Shown here piece by piece: positions 28,785 through 39,829 of a DNA stretch of 64,000 bases. Below the pieces are notes generated by a model. It had not been told where the DNA came from. It did not search any database and was given only the letters and a program-made list of their open reading frames with translations. The position numbers and the translations under genes are program-made. Source of the DNA: Nitrosopumilus sp. (GTDB lineage: Archaea; Thermoproteota; Nitrososphaeria; Nitrososphaerales; Nitrosopumilaceae); assembly GCA_965214775.1 (NCBI GenBank), contig OZ243974.1, positions 2,464,001 to 2,528,000 of the forward strand. Reading direction: 5' to 3'. Position 1 is the first letter of the stretch, and each line of letters begins with the position of its first letter.

Positions 28785-29576
28785 TACAAGCCATCATACA
28801 CGCTAAATAATGAGGCACCATTCGAAGACCAAATGGCCAGATACCTGATGAAAAAGTGGAAAGTCATACAGGAAGGCGGCTATGAGGGAGCGGTTTTCCT
28901 GTTAGACGAGTTTCATACGATCAAGAATGTAAAACAGAACAACTGGCACATGCTTACCGATTTTACCGGGGCGATAAACGACGTACAAACCAGGGGTTGC
29001 CGATATTCGTTTGTTTTATGCGGACTTCCAATTCTGCCAGAAAACGTCAAGATAGCACGCTCTTATTCGGAGAGGATGTTTGCATCTGTGCCAATAACCA
29101 GTCTAGATACTGCAAGTGCCAGGAAGGTCATCTCAGGGCCACTCATCGATACCGACTGGAAATTCTCTGATGAACTAGTGGACTCGATCGTACGAGACAC
29201 GGACGGATACCCGTATTTTATCCAGTTCTTCTGTAGCGAGATTATAAATCGCATAAACAGGGAAGAGATTGATGTTGGCTACTACGAGCAGGTTTAAAAT
29301 TCAATAAAAGACAGTCTGTGGCTTGATTTTTTTGATTATCGTATGAAAGCGTTAAGCAGTGGACAGAGGCAAATTTTATACTCAATGGCTTCCATACCGA
29401 AGGGAAAAATTACCTTCTCATCTATCTACAACCTGGTGAATATGAGCAAGGGAACATTCTCAAAACATCTAAAACGCCTTGAGGAAAAGGGCCTTATCTA
29501 TCGGCCCGAACGTGGAATATACCAGCTTCTGCTGCCAATGCTACGAGAGTACCTTCTGAGACGAGACCCAAATTAA
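28785..29576 (+). pseudogene. 5'-truncated archaeal AAA/P-loop ATPase with C-terminal wHTH
   Basis: Walker B FLLDEFH, DTDGYPYFIQ, in-frame stop at 29295-29297, then wHTH (SKHLKRLEEKGLIY); Walker A absent. Confidence 0.75.
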
Positions 29577-29577
29577 A

Positions 29578-29659
29578 TAGACTTTATGCGTAATCGGTTC
29601 AGATCTGGGATTATTATGAACAAATTCATCTCATTCAGGTCGATTACGCATACAGTCTA
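29578..29659. mobile_element. 82-bp MITE
   Basis: TAGACTTTATGCGTAATCG / CGATTACGCATACAGTCTA (18/19); solo ends of the same type at ~6635 and 15689. Confidence 0.7.
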
Positions 29660-30027
29660 ATGTCCAAATTCATAAAAAGTAACTTCGAAGCAACTCTAGT
29701 TCCAAAGTCGGCAAAACGGGGTTCCCGGAGAAAGTCGGCAAAGTCGGCAAAACGGGGTTTCAGATACTTAAACATGATCTCAAAGATTCTTAGACCAGGA
29801 TTGTCGCCTAATTCATCAGAATTTCTGAAAACCATCGAGTTGCCATATGGATCAGGCGTGCAAAAGGGCGGAAATTCAGAAAAACGTGCAGATTGAGCCA
29901 AACAAGTGGAATTGGGCGGCATCCCACCCCTTTGATACCGTGCGCTTGCCATATATCAGAACGTCCATAATCATGGATGTTATAATATATATTAAAATAG
30001 GATAAAAAGTGAATATTATAATACAAA

Positions 30028-30684
30028 TTGAAATCCACCACGCTGTTTCAAAAACTGCAAATAGACAAAAAGGAGCTCGTCACGTCCGCGGAGCTAAAAC
30101 AATACTGCAAAAAGGGGGGCTTTGACTATGATCTGGCGATTAAAAGCCTGGTGAGGGGCAGGCGCCTAGTGAGGGTTTTTCGCGGAATATACTATGTAAG
30201 GGCGCCAGACGAGATTGTTTTGGGAAAAAGCAGGTACAGTCATCTTGAGCTGGTGGCAAGGGGACTGGATCTGAAGAATGTGGAAAACTGGTATTATGGC
30301 CTTTATACTGCGCTCAAGCTCAACAATATGACACACGAGACATTTGTAGTCAGCGACGTCATAAACGACTCGATATTCCGGCAGAACCCCATGAAAATAG
30401 GCGATCACAGGTTCAAATTCACAAAAATTTCAAAAAAACTAACAGGTTTTGGAATAAGAAGGGGAGGGGGAGGAAAAATCAGGTATTCGGATCCGGAGAA
30501 AACAATCCTTGACTTTATCTACCTGTGGCGGCAGAACGGAAGATCAAGCAAAAGAATAGTGTCCGACGTGATTGACTGGAGTCAAAAAATCTCAGAAAAA
30601 AGAATGAAAAAATACTTGAAAAATTACCCGAAAACAACGAAGGAAACAGCATGTGAGGTACTGCATGAGAGAGAATCTGATTGA
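30028..30684 (+). CDS. Type IV toxin-antitoxin antitoxin, AbiEi-like
   Basis: N-terminal wHTH (LVRVFRGIYYV), YYGLYTAL, YSDPEKTILD; overlaps AbiEii. Confidence 0.85.
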   Translation: MKSTTLFQKLQIDKKELVTSAELKQYCKKGGFDYDLAIKSLVRGRRLVRVFRGIYYVRAPDEIVLGKSRYSHLELVARGLDLKNVENWYYGLYTALKLNNMTHETFVVSDVINDSIFRQNPMKIGDHRFKFTKISKKLTGFGIRRGGGGKIRYSDPEKTILDFIYLWRQNGRSSKRIVSDVIDWSQKISEKRMKKYLKNYPKTTKETACEVLHERESD

Positions 30685-31597
30685 CGCGGTAGCCGACAGG
30701 CTTGGCGTTCCTCAAAAGGAGCTGCTAGAAAAGGACATGATCCTGCATGAAATTTTGTACAGACTTTGTGATGACGAGTATTTTCTGGAAAACTATGTCT
30801 TCAAGGGCGGAACGTGCCTTGTAAAGTCATACATTGGATACCACAGGTTTTCTGAGGATCTAGACTTTACGTGGAGGGATCAGCCCGCATTTGAGGGAAA
30901 ATCCCGCAAAGAAATTTACAATAGGGCGTCTTCTGAGGCCGGCAAACTGGGTGGGATGCTTGAAAAAATCGCGGATGAGTTCGACTTGGAATTCAAAAAC
31001 GACCAAAAGGACACCGGTTACTTTCAGTTCGGAGGGGGAGGAAAAATGCTCACGGTTTTTGTGTGGTATCGGTCAGAAATTGAGAGCAGGCGCTCCATGA
31101 TTAAAATCCAGGTAAATTTTCTAGAAAAAATCCATTATGGCACTGAGAGGCGAAAATTATCCGGCATGATAAGCGGAGACGAGAGCCTGAAACTTGTCTT
31201 TGGCAACCACCCGTATCTTGAGGAGATACAGTGCTTGGCATACAGACCGGAGGAGATACTGTGTGAGAAAATCCGGGCTATAATGACCAGACGTGGAATA
31301 AAGGCGAGGGATTTTCTTGACATCTTCCTAATCTGTGAGAAGATTGGAATAAGATTACCCGATGTTGCAGAAAATGCGGTTTCCAAGATAAACTACTCTG
31401 CAAAGATGAACAAGAAGCATCGCAACAACTTGGAAGGTAAAGCAGAGTCACTGAAATCCGGCGAATTGTTTGCGTGGGAGGATGAAGAAAACCGCCTACT
31501 GCTTGCAGATATTGACAAGGAAGGATTCATGGCGTTCAAGGGTGAGTTGGAGGCGTTTTTACAGGAATCAATCGTGCCTAATTTGAAAAGAGACTGA
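30665..31597 (+). CDS. Nucleotidyltransferase toxin, AbiEii/AbiGii family
   Basis: LEKD, FKGGTCL..YHRFSEDLDF, EKIRA..KARDFLD. Confidence 0.92.
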   Translation: MRENLIDAVADRLGVPQKELLEKDMILHEILYRLCDDEYFLENYVFKGGTCLVKSYIGYHRFSEDLDFTWRDQPAFEGKSRKEIYNRASSEAGKLGGMLEKIADEFDLEFKNDQKDTGYFQFGGGGKMLTVFVWYRSEIESRRSMIKIQVNFLEKIHYGTERRKLSGMISGDESLKLVFGNHPYLEEIQCLAYRPEEILCEKIRAIMTRRGIKARDFLDIFLICEKIGIRLPDVAENAVSKINYSAKMNKKHRNNLEGKAESLKSGELFAWEDEENRLLLADIDKEGFMAFKGELEAFLQESIVPNLKRD

Positions 31598-31719
31598 ATG
31601 TCGATTGCGCAGGACATGCGGTTGGCAGACGCCGAGTACAGCGTGGTTATGAGCTCCTATCAATCAGGCATGAATTGGCATGTATGGTTATGATTTTCAC
31701 GCCTGGCCAACAGGGGGAC

Positions 31720-32130
31720 GTGACCACATACACGTTTTGCACCCTGCGGCGCGACAGGCCGTGCCGGCACATCAGTCTTCGGACATGTTCTGTGCCGTAT
31801 TCTATCCCGGTGGCATCCCTTATGTCGTCGCGCACCGTCGTGACATCGATCCGCTGCGTGTAGTGGACAGGTCCATTATGGCGGCAATCCTTTTTCCGTC
31901 CGCCTCGCCTGCATCCGGAACGGAGGATCCCGGAGGCCGTTCATGCCGTCCTCTAAAAACCTCGCCGGCCGGCTGCGCACGGAATTCTCACTGCACCGGA
32001 CCACCTTCTTGCAGCCTCGGGCACACCTGCATCGTCCTCTGGTACAAACATCAACGCCATGATCTTTTTGTAGACTTGGCATCCTTTTCTTTGCGCATGG
32101 CCTCTGACAGGCCGTCTGTTTCTCTTGCCA
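31720..32130 (-). pseudogene. Truncated, frameshifted IS630 transposase N-terminus
   Basis: Paralogous to 32380-32804. Confidence 0.75.
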
Positions 32131-32208
32131 TGCCCACTATCCCGGTTACGTGATCATCATACCTTTCGAATGACCTTGTTTTGGCTCAAAGACTTATGCT
32201 CGTTGCTA

Positions 32209-32804
32209 TACAATGCCACGCTTCTGGTGCCGACCAGACCCCATACGTATCTGTCGTATGCGCCCTGCACAAAGAACGCCTCATCAGATGACACTAACGT
32301 AAAACCGTCGTTTTTCAGGCACAGAATACGCACGTTTTCAAGGTATCGCTGCCACGAGCATGCCGTACTCGGGATGGCATGGTTGACATGTATGTTTTGC
32401 ATCTTGCGGCGCGACAGGCCGTGCTGGCGCATCAGTCTTCGGACGTGTTCTATGCTGTATTGTATCCCGGTGGCATCCCTTATGTCATTGCGCACCACCG
32501 TCATGACATCGGTACTTTTGCATGCAGTGGACAGATCCATTATGGCTGCAATACTTTCTCTGTCCACCTTTGGCCTGCATCCGGAACGGGGAAGATCCCG
32601 GAGGCAGTCCATGCCGTCCTCCGAGAACCTCGCCGGCCGGCTGCGCACGGAATTCTCGCTGCACCGGATCACCCTTCTTGCAGTCTCGGGCACGCCCACG
32701 TCGTCTTCTAGCATAAACATCAGCGTCATGATCTTCTTGTAGACTTTGGCATCCTTTTCTTTGCGCATGGCCTCCGACAGGCTTTTGTCTGTTTCTTTTG
32801 CCAT
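32209..32804 (-). pseudogene. IS630 transposase, N-terminal half
   Basis: HTH, DLPRSG, YSIEHVRRLM, VSSDEAFF (first catalytic Asp). Confidence 0.85.
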
Positions 32805-32998
32805 GCATACTGCGCCAGTTACGTGATCATCATACCCTTCAAATGATCCTGTTTTGGCTCAAAGACTTGTGCTCGTTGCTATAGGTTACTTCTGGGAAGA
32901 CTGTATATCCACAGAGTTGATTCAAAATCAGAGGCCGTGCGAGTTTTTCAAGCATGTCTCTGATTAATCTAAATAAGTGGGCCCAAATATGTCAAATT

Positions 32999-34051
32999 AT
33001 GAAGAAGGTTTTTGTTAATGGTTATGGCTCTATTGGCAGCAGAATTACCTCGTTTCTAAAAGATGATCCTGAAATTTCTGTGGTAGGGGTCGGAAAATAT
33101 TCTCCAGATGAGAGGGTATCTGTTGCCAGATCAAAAGGACTAGATGTTTATGTTCCAGAACAAAAGCAAGGCGATTTTTCAAACTATAAAATTTCAGGCA
33201 CCATAGAGTCTGCTTTGGACAAATGTGACTTGGTCATTGATGCGGCACCCGGAGGACACGGATATAAAAACAAGACAAACCTCTATGGGCCAAGAAACAT
33301 TCCTGCAATATATCAGGGCGGCGAATCGACGACGGGTTCAAAAGCAGTATCTGATCTGCTGTTCAATTCCAGGGCAAACTATGATCTTGCAGTGGGAAAA
33401 AACCATGTAATGCAGGGAAGCTGCAATGTCACGGGAATGGGCAGGATTTTGGAACCGCTCCGTGATAAGTTTGGCGAGAACATAATTCGTTTTGATGTGA
33501 CTCTTGTAAGGAGATGGGCAGACATTGAACAGGCGGAAAAAAAAATATCCGACACCATTGAAATGACCCAATCCCCGCACCACGGTGACGATGTCAAGAC
33601 ATACTTTGGAAAGGATGCGCCCCTTTTTGTTCGGGCAATCAAAGTTCCGACAAGACAAATGCATCTACACATAATGGATGTTCGATTCAGGCGCACCGCC
33701 CCAAAACCCTCGGAAATTCATGAAATTTTCACAGATGAGTTCGGCGTTGCCACATTGTGGACTGCCAAAGGAACAAAAGACGTAAGGGACTGTGCCAAAA
33801 ACATGGGATTCAATTTCACCGACACCAACATGATCCACATCCATGCAAACATGACTGCATCAGTCGGGGATACCGTTCAAATAATGTATTCTGATGATCA
33901 GACAGGAATAGTCATTCCTGAAAACCACATGTTGATGCAGGCAATGCTCTTTGAGAAAACATATCAGGAGGCGTTTGAGCACACAGAGTCGATTTTCCAC
34001 ATGAAAGAAAAAAAGCAAAGACTCCAAGAGCATTTTGCAAAGAAAGACTAG
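32999..34051 (+). CDS. gap: Archaeal type II glyceraldehyde-3-phosphate dehydrogenase
   Basis: VNGYGSIG, YQGGE, GSCNVTG, RRWAD, HHGDDV, VIPEN. Confidence 0.9.
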   Translation: MKKVFVNGYGSIGSRITSFLKDDPEISVVGVGKYSPDERVSVARSKGLDVYVPEQKQGDFSNYKISGTIESALDKCDLVIDAAPGGHGYKNKTNLYGPRNIPAIYQGGESTTGSKAVSDLLFNSRANYDLAVGKNHVMQGSCNVTGMGRILEPLRDKFGENIIRFDVTLVRRWADIEQAEKKISDTIEMTQSPHHGDDVKTYFGKDAPLFVRAIKVPTRQMHLHIMDVRFRRTAPKPSEIHEIFTDEFGVATLWTAKGTKDVRDCAKNMGFNFTDTNMIHIHANMTASVGDTVQIMYSDDQTGIVIPENHMLMQAMLFEKTYQEAFEHTESIFHMKEKKQRLQEHFAKKD

Positions 34052-35301
34052 GCTCTGATTCTTTCTATTCTGATTTTTTCGGGAATGTTTTTGGAGACCT
34101 TTTCCACCACTATTCTTAATTTGCCAACTTCCACCTTGTCTCCCTCTTGAGGAATATCTTGTAATCTTTCATGGAGCAGCCCGCTAAGTGTCGCATAATC
34201 ATCACCCTCGGGAATCTTTGTCTCAAAGACCTTGTTGATAACGTCAATCTCTATGTCTCCGTCTGTGAGAATTGTATCTTGATCAATTCTCTTGTACTGT
34301 GTGGGTCTTGCCTTGTCTGTCTCATCTTCAATTTCCCCGACAATCTCCTCAAGCAGATCCTCCAAGGTCACCAGCCCTTCGACGCCACCATGCTCATCGA
34401 CTACCATGGCCATGTGCGTTTTGCGACCCTTCATCTCTTTTAAAAGCGCACTGACCATTTTTTCTTGGGATGCAAACACCGGTTTTCTTGCAATCTGTTC
34501 AAGACTGGCCATCTTGTTGTCTTTTTCCAGCTCCTTTAGGACGTCTCGTACATGAATGAACCCTACAATGTCATCACTCGTCTCCCCGTAGATTGGAATT
34601 CTTGAATGCCCGCTTTGATTGATTTGTGGCAGCGCTTCAAAAAGCAGCATTTTTGAGTGAAGCGAAAACATCTTTGTTCTTGGAGTCATTACTGAGCGAA
34701 TTACCGTGTCATCAAACTTGAGGGCACCGTGCACCATCTCCATCTCCTCTTTCTCGATTGCCTTTTCTTCCATTCCTTGATCAATTACCCCCTTGATCTC
34801 CTCTTCTGTGATTGGCGGAGGCGCATAGCTGCTGCCGGTAATCTTTACGACCCCCTTTGTAACAATTTCAAAGAATTTGACAACGGGATAAAATACATAG
34901 CTGAATCCCAGCAGAACCGGCGCATATCTTAGAGCAATTTTTGTGGAATTTGCATTACAATACGTTTTAGGGGTAATCTCCCCGAAAATCAGAATCAAGA
35001 ACGTCATGACCCCGACGGCAATTCCCAGACCCTCGTCTCCAAACAGCCTAATTGCCACGCTTGTTGCAAGTGCAGATGCCCCGACGTTAACTAGGTTATT
35101 GCCCAGATTGACGCTGGACATCATCCAGCTGGGGTTGTTTTTCAACCTGTGAAGGGCCTTGGAGCCCTTTTTTCCCTCGTTGAACAATTGGACCACCTTG
35201 GATTTTCTAACTCCGACAAGTGCCACTTCTAACCCACTGAAAAATCCTGACAGTCCTATGAGAACAGCTAGCGCTGAAATCTCCATCCATAATTCTACCA
35301 A
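34048..35301 (-). CDS. Hemolysin/CNNM (DUF21-CBS-CorC) family membrane protein
   Basis: SGFFSGLE, GEITPK, MTPR, HSRIP, VDEHGG..EDLLEEIVGEI. Confidence 0.92.
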   Translation of the reverse strand: MVELWMEISALAVLIGLSGFFSGLEVALVGVRKSKVVQLFNEGKKGSKALHRLKNNPSWMMSSVNLGNNLVNVGASALATSVAIRLFGDEGLGIAVGVMTFLILIFGEITPKTYCNANSTKIALRYAPVLLGFSYVFYPVVKFFEIVTKGVVKITGSSYAPPPITEEEIKGVIDQGMEEKAIEKEEMEMVHGALKFDDTVIRSVMTPRTKMFSLHSKMLLFEALPQINQSGHSRIPIYGETSDDIVGFIHVRDVLKELEKDNKMASLEQIARKPVFASQEKMVSALLKEMKGRKTHMAMVVDEHGGVEGLVTLEDLLEEIVGEIEDETDKARPTQYKRIDQDTILTDGDIEIDVINKVFETKIPEGDDYATLSGLLHERLQDIPQEGDKVEVGKLRIVVEKVSKNIPEKIRIERIRA

Positions 35302-35446
35302 GGTATTCCTCCGAAAAATTTCTTAGAACAACAAGTGTCATCCATTTAGTTTTTTTGCACCATCTCTAGGTTATCTGATAAAATTTCACACAACCAGAAT
35401 TTAAGGATTAAGATGCTCAAGAATAAGCCGAGCCTGAATATTGGGA

Positions 35447-36790
35447 CTAGTTTTTCGGGGGGTTTGCAAACTTGTTTGCAGGATTGCTGTGATAATCAAC
35501 TGGAATCATGGCATCCTTTTGACGCCCAGTCAGAATTCCGACTATAACGTCGTCTTTTTTTATGACTTCCTCAGAAACCAGCTTCCTTATTCCTGCCACT
35601 GATGCGCCTGATGCCATCTCACAGTCAAACCCGTTCAGCCCGACAACTGACATTCCATCTAGCATTTCTGAATCTGAGACGGTGGTGACAACACCGTTTG
35701 TAAGTTCCAGCGCTCTTAGCCCTTTCAAAATATTTGCCGGACGCCCGATCTGGATTGCAGTTGCCCTGGTTTTTGGCCTCAGACCCTCCTTGTCCAAATG
35801 ATCATAGTATCTTGAAATCAGTTCTGTATTCGGGCTTCCGTTGTTCCACCTGAGTTCTTCCTCTTCAAACGTTCCGTTGTACAAATCTGACAACGTGCTT
35901 GCCCCTTTGGAATTGATTACTGCAATTCGGGGGATTTTTTTAATCCATCCCCATTCGTACAGTTCCATCAACGCCTTTCCGCAACTAGACGTGTTTCCCA
36001 GCGCCCCCCCGGGATAGACTATCCAATCAGGGGATTCCCAATTCAGATATTCCAGCGCCCTAAACGGAATTGTTTTTTGTCCCTCAATTCTAAACGGGTT
36101 TACCGAGTTGACTGTGTATCCGTCACGATTGTGCGCATCATCCAATGACTGCTTTAGCGCATCATCAAAATTCCCGTCAACTTCGACAATTTGAGCGCCA
36201 AATTGGTATGCCTGGCTTAATTTTCCCGGGGCAATCATGCCTGCCGGAATATACACGTCACACTCAATCCCTTCGTTTGCTGCAAACATTCCTGCAGAAG
36301 CTGACGTGTTCCCAGTCGAGGCGCATACTATTTTTTTGGCGCCAACCATTTTTGCATGGGTGACTGCGGTTGCCATTCCGTTATCTTTGAACGAGCCGCT
36401 TGGATTGTATCCTTCTGGCTGCAGCCACATGTTGCTGCTTTCCAAGCCTGCAAATTCTGCAGCCTTTGACATCTGGTATGGTTTTGACTGTCTGCCTTCA
36501 GCTCCGTCCAAGGAGACAAGGAATTTTGAACACTCTTCATTTTTTTCGGTATCTATCTGACAAAAATTCAGCAGTTCTCTGAACCTCCAAACCCCGCTTT
36601 CATTAAAGATGCTCCCTTGGGGGTCTTGCCTTTGATAAAAAACATCCTTTAGTTTTTCAGCAGGCCTGTTCTTGTATTTTACATCAAGCAGGTGGCCTTT
36701 GCTACATTGGACATTCGTACTTTTAATATCATACTCCAAGCCGCAGTTTGGGTCAACACATTTGAGATATGCATCGCCCTTCATTGCCAT
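35447..36790 (-). CDS. thrC: Threonine synthase
   Basis: NPSGSFKD, CASTGNTSAS, NSVNPFRIEGQKT, ATAIQIG; start at ATG 36790. Confidence 0.92.
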   Translation of the reverse strand: MAMKGDAYLKCVDPNCGLEYDIKSTNVQCSKGHLLDVKYKNRPAEKLKDVFYQRQDPQGSIFNESGVWRFRELLNFCQIDTEKNEECSKFLVSLDGAEGRQSKPYQMSKAAEFAGLESSNMWLQPEGYNPSGSFKDNGMATAVTHAKMVGAKKIVCASTGNTSASAGMFAANEGIECDVYIPAGMIAPGKLSQAYQFGAQIVEVDGNFDDALKQSLDDAHNRDGYTVNSVNPFRIEGQKTIPFRALEYLNWESPDWIVYPGGALGNTSSCGKALMELYEWGWIKKIPRIAVINSKGASTLSDLYNGTFEEEELRWNNGSPNTELISRYYDHLDKEGLRPKTRATAIQIGRPANILKGLRALELTNGVVTTVSDSEMLDGMSVVGLNGFDCEMASGASVAGIRKLVSEEVIKKDDVIVGILTGRQKDAMIPVDYHSNPANKFANPPKN

Positions 36791-37440
36791 TACCAATGTT
36801 TGGTGATAATTTAAAGCGTTAGTCCGTCTGGGTGCCGTCTGATTCTGTTCTCTTCTTAGACTCGTCCTGCCATAAATGCAGACGGTTTCAAACGCGGCAC
36901 GGGACATATTTGGTCATTTGGCCAAGTACCAAAAGGACAGTACCGCACAAATGGCGCAGAGGGCCGCTGCAAAACACGAACGGTTTTTGCACATTTTTTT
37001 TCAAGCCGGAATGTGGAGAAGGATGAAGAGAGAAGGATGAGGGTGCCAAACCATAAACATGACCAAGAAAAAAATGGACTGCGCGGCAGATAGTTGATTT
37101 GAAATTAACAGATTCGGATCATGTATAAACAAATTCACACTGTTAAACCGACTAAGACAGTGCTTGCAAGTGAAGAGCCGCCTGTAAGTTACTTGGCAAG
37201 TGTGCAGAAAAATCACGGCAACTACAGCTTTTGATTTCGAACCGACTCTTAAACCACGGCAGACAAGACAAAAAAATAATGTGTAATGGACATTCTGAGG
37301 CATTTGGCATGCTCAACGCGTCTTCTAGGGCCAACAACATTGCAAGCAGTTCGGACTGCTTTTGGGAATCAAAGAAAATTTTGATTTTTGACCGGAAAGC
37401 AGAACGGCAACTTTAGATTAGCTTAGGCCTGAAACAAAAT

Positions 37441-37815
37441 GTGGTAACTTATCGTGAATATCTGAGGAATATCTTGCTCCAGATTCAGGAATCCCATGTA
37501 AATCTTAATGAGATAAGGGACAAGCCAGGAGATCTTGATCTGATCAACAAGGAGATGCTGAAAATCAACGGGATGATCAAGGTAATCCTGACAAAAATTG
37601 GACCTGAAAAGATTCCAAATTCTGACTTTCCTCCCCTGAAATCAAAACTGAAAAACTATATGGAAAATTACTTTTTTGAAAAAGAGATTGAGACCATGGC
37701 ACCTTTGTATTCTGATGACGTAAACCGAATAAAAAACATGCGCTTAAAAATCATCGAAGCATTAAATGACAAGAAAATGATGGATGCCATTGGGGATATG
37801 ATTGAAAAATTATGA
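37441..37815 (+). CDS. Hypothetical protein
   Basis: 124-aa helical ORF with backbone-like composition. Confidence 0.7.
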   Translation: MVTYREYLRNILLQIQESHVNLNEIRDKPGDLDLINKEMLKINGMIKVILTKIGPEKIPNSDFPPLKSKLKNYMENYFFEKEIETMAPLYSDDVNRIKNMRLKIIEALNDKKMMDAIGDMIEKL

Positions 37816-37919
37816 GCGAAAAAAAGTGTGTTTTATGCGGATGCAGGGATCATAGATTGTTTGGCTGCAATAGGCACATGGCAAAACAATGCAGTTGCTA
37901 TAAAACAGACAAATAGGAT

Positions 37920-38033
37920 CTATTTTCTTCTAGGTCCTGATCTTTCATGGAAGTTGATGCAGCACTTGCATTCTTTTTCAAGACATTCTGCCTCGTCATG
38001 ATGTCCGCAAATTCCACACTCGCAACTGGCCAT
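37920..38033 (-). CDS. Cys/His-rich microprotein (37 aa), metallothionein-like
   Basis: MASCECGICGHHDEAECLEKECKCCINFHERSGPRRK; TTATA about 25 nt upstream. Confidence 0.65.
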   Translation of the reverse strand: MASCECGICGHHDEAECLEKECKCCINFHERSGPRRK

Positions 38034-38087
38034 ACATTGGATAGGCATCTTTCGAATATAATGTATGCACTAATTTTTTTATGATTT

Positions 38088-38420
38088 TCAGGTCAAATGG
38101 GGTTGTTTCTTTGATTTTGATTTTTTTGCCGGCTTTTCTTTTTCTTGCAGCTCTTTTTCAATTTCCTCGGCTTTGCTGTCTACTGCCTTTATGATTTTTT
38201 GAATCAATCCGTCTAAATCGCTATCGTCTGCATCCGGCTCTACGTTGCTTGCAATTTGATTAATCGTGTTTGAAATTTCTGCACTTACGTCCTCAAAACT
38301 CTCCGGATCTTCATATGCTGCATTATAGAGGTTTTTTAGGTTGTTGATATGGCCAATGACCTGTTCTGTCAGGACAACTCGGTAGTCAGTCCCGTTAACT
38401 TCGAACTCTTTTGAACTCAT
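38088..38420 (-). CDS. Hypothetical acidic protein
   Basis: 110-aa ORF with TATA upstream. Confidence 0.7.
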   Translation of the reverse strand: MSSKEFEVNGTDYRVVLTEQVIGHINNLKNLYNAAYEDPESFEDVSAEISNTINQIASNVEPDADDSDLDGLIQKIIKAVDSKAEEIEKELQEKEKPAKKSKSKKQPHLT

Positions 38421-38466
38421 ACGTCATTTTCAAAATCTTTAGTTTATAATGTTTTTCAGTAGTACG

Positions 38467-38625
38467 CGGTTGTCCAAAAAATTTTTGCAAAATGACTGCC
38501 AAGATTATAGATCATGGACGCACGGCAGCAAAAGCAATTTTGATCAGTCGATCCCAGTAATCATGATGAGCAACGACAGAAAGAACACAGAGTACTACCT
38601 ACACTACAAGCAAAAGTGCAGACAG
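38467..38625 (+). mobile_element. 5' remnant of the 15707-type IS
   Basis: GGTTGTCCAAAAA.. end and MSNDRKNTEY start resemble 15707-15870; cut by the ISL2-like copy. Confidence 0.65.
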
Positions 38626-39829
38626 AGAGTTGATTCGAAATTAGCAAATTTTGATCAAATGGGCACAATGTACACCAACCCGATCCAAATGCCAGTAAAA
38701 TGTACAATTCATAAAGTTATTTGATAAATTGTCAAAAAACCCCCGGGACATTCAAGAAGATGTTTGCCGGCATGACTGCCCCCGAATTTGATTTGTTGTA
38801 TGCAAAGGTGGCAAAAAAACACCCAAAGATGGACAGAAAGAGGCTTTCTGTTTTCTGCCAAAAAAGGCCGCAAGCGTGACACCATCGGTGCCGGCCGTCC
38901 GACTGCCCTCAGCCTGGAGGAGAGTCTTCTATTGTCCCTGTTCTACTACAGGACGTACGTCATGCAGGATGTGGAATCTGCCATGTTTGGCATTGGACAT
39001 CAGGCATCAGTCTCGCACACCATTAACAGGATTGCACCGGCTCTCAAAAAATGCCTATCGATCCCCGAAAAGATCTATTCGGGCACCAAGAAAATCTCTT
39101 CAGCAGAGGAACTAATGGACGTATTACCGGAACTTGTCTGCCTGACAGATGCATCAGAGCAAAAGATATGCAGGCCCAAGAGAAAGGACATGGAGAAATC
39201 GCACTATTCAGGCAAGGCAGGTACGCACACAGTCAAGATCCAGTATATCACCAACATCCACGGTCTCATAGTGCACAAGCCGCCCCACTCTCCGGGACGC
39301 GTAAACGACATCACGATGTACCAGATGAGGCATCCCACGTTCCGGTACGACCAAAGAAAGAAAAAGAGAAGAAAAAAGAGAAGCGTCCCGGCAGTAGTAT
39401 GGATGATGATGATGCGCCGCAACAGCAACAGCAATAGCAACAACAGCAACAGCAATCGCAGAGTGTAAAGCTGCAGCACTACATGGATCGCAGATACCAG
39501 GGAGCACAGTCAGTGGATGCAGGCACGGACGCCATACTCCCCACCAAGAAAAAACCGGACGGCAAGCTCACCGATGCGCAAAAAGAATACAATATCACGC
39601 ACTCAAAGATACGTGTGTACGTGGAGAACACCACACGCAGGGTCAAAACATACAGAATAATGGGCGACCGGTACTGAAACCCACTCAAAAAGTACGACCT
39701 TGCCAACAGTATCGTGTGCGGACTGGTCAACGATAGGGCGCCGGTCAAAATCGCTGCTGCGGCCTAATGAGTGGCGGCAGCAGAACGGCTGCAGACGGGG
39801 CGCTCGATTTCTAATTTCGGATCATCTCT
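38626..39829 (+). mobile_element. ISL2-like IS copy 2 with pseudogenized transposase
   Basis: Same TIRs as 7061-8227; several frameshifts and a stop; flanks CAG/CTG. Confidence 0.85.

Larger units (their letters stand above)
28706..32208. mobile_element. Composite element with IS630-type ends carrying AbiE
   Basis: TA duplicated at 28704-28705 and 32209-32210; left boundary is a 79-bp MITE (28706-28784), right boundary a truncated IS630 copy. Confidence 0.78.
28262..32881 (-). mobile_element. IS630-family element split by an internal composite insertion
   Basis: Ends TAGCAACG.. (28262) and ..CGTTGCTA (32881), each flanked by TA; halves rejoin as VALY|SGDH. Confidence 0.82.
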
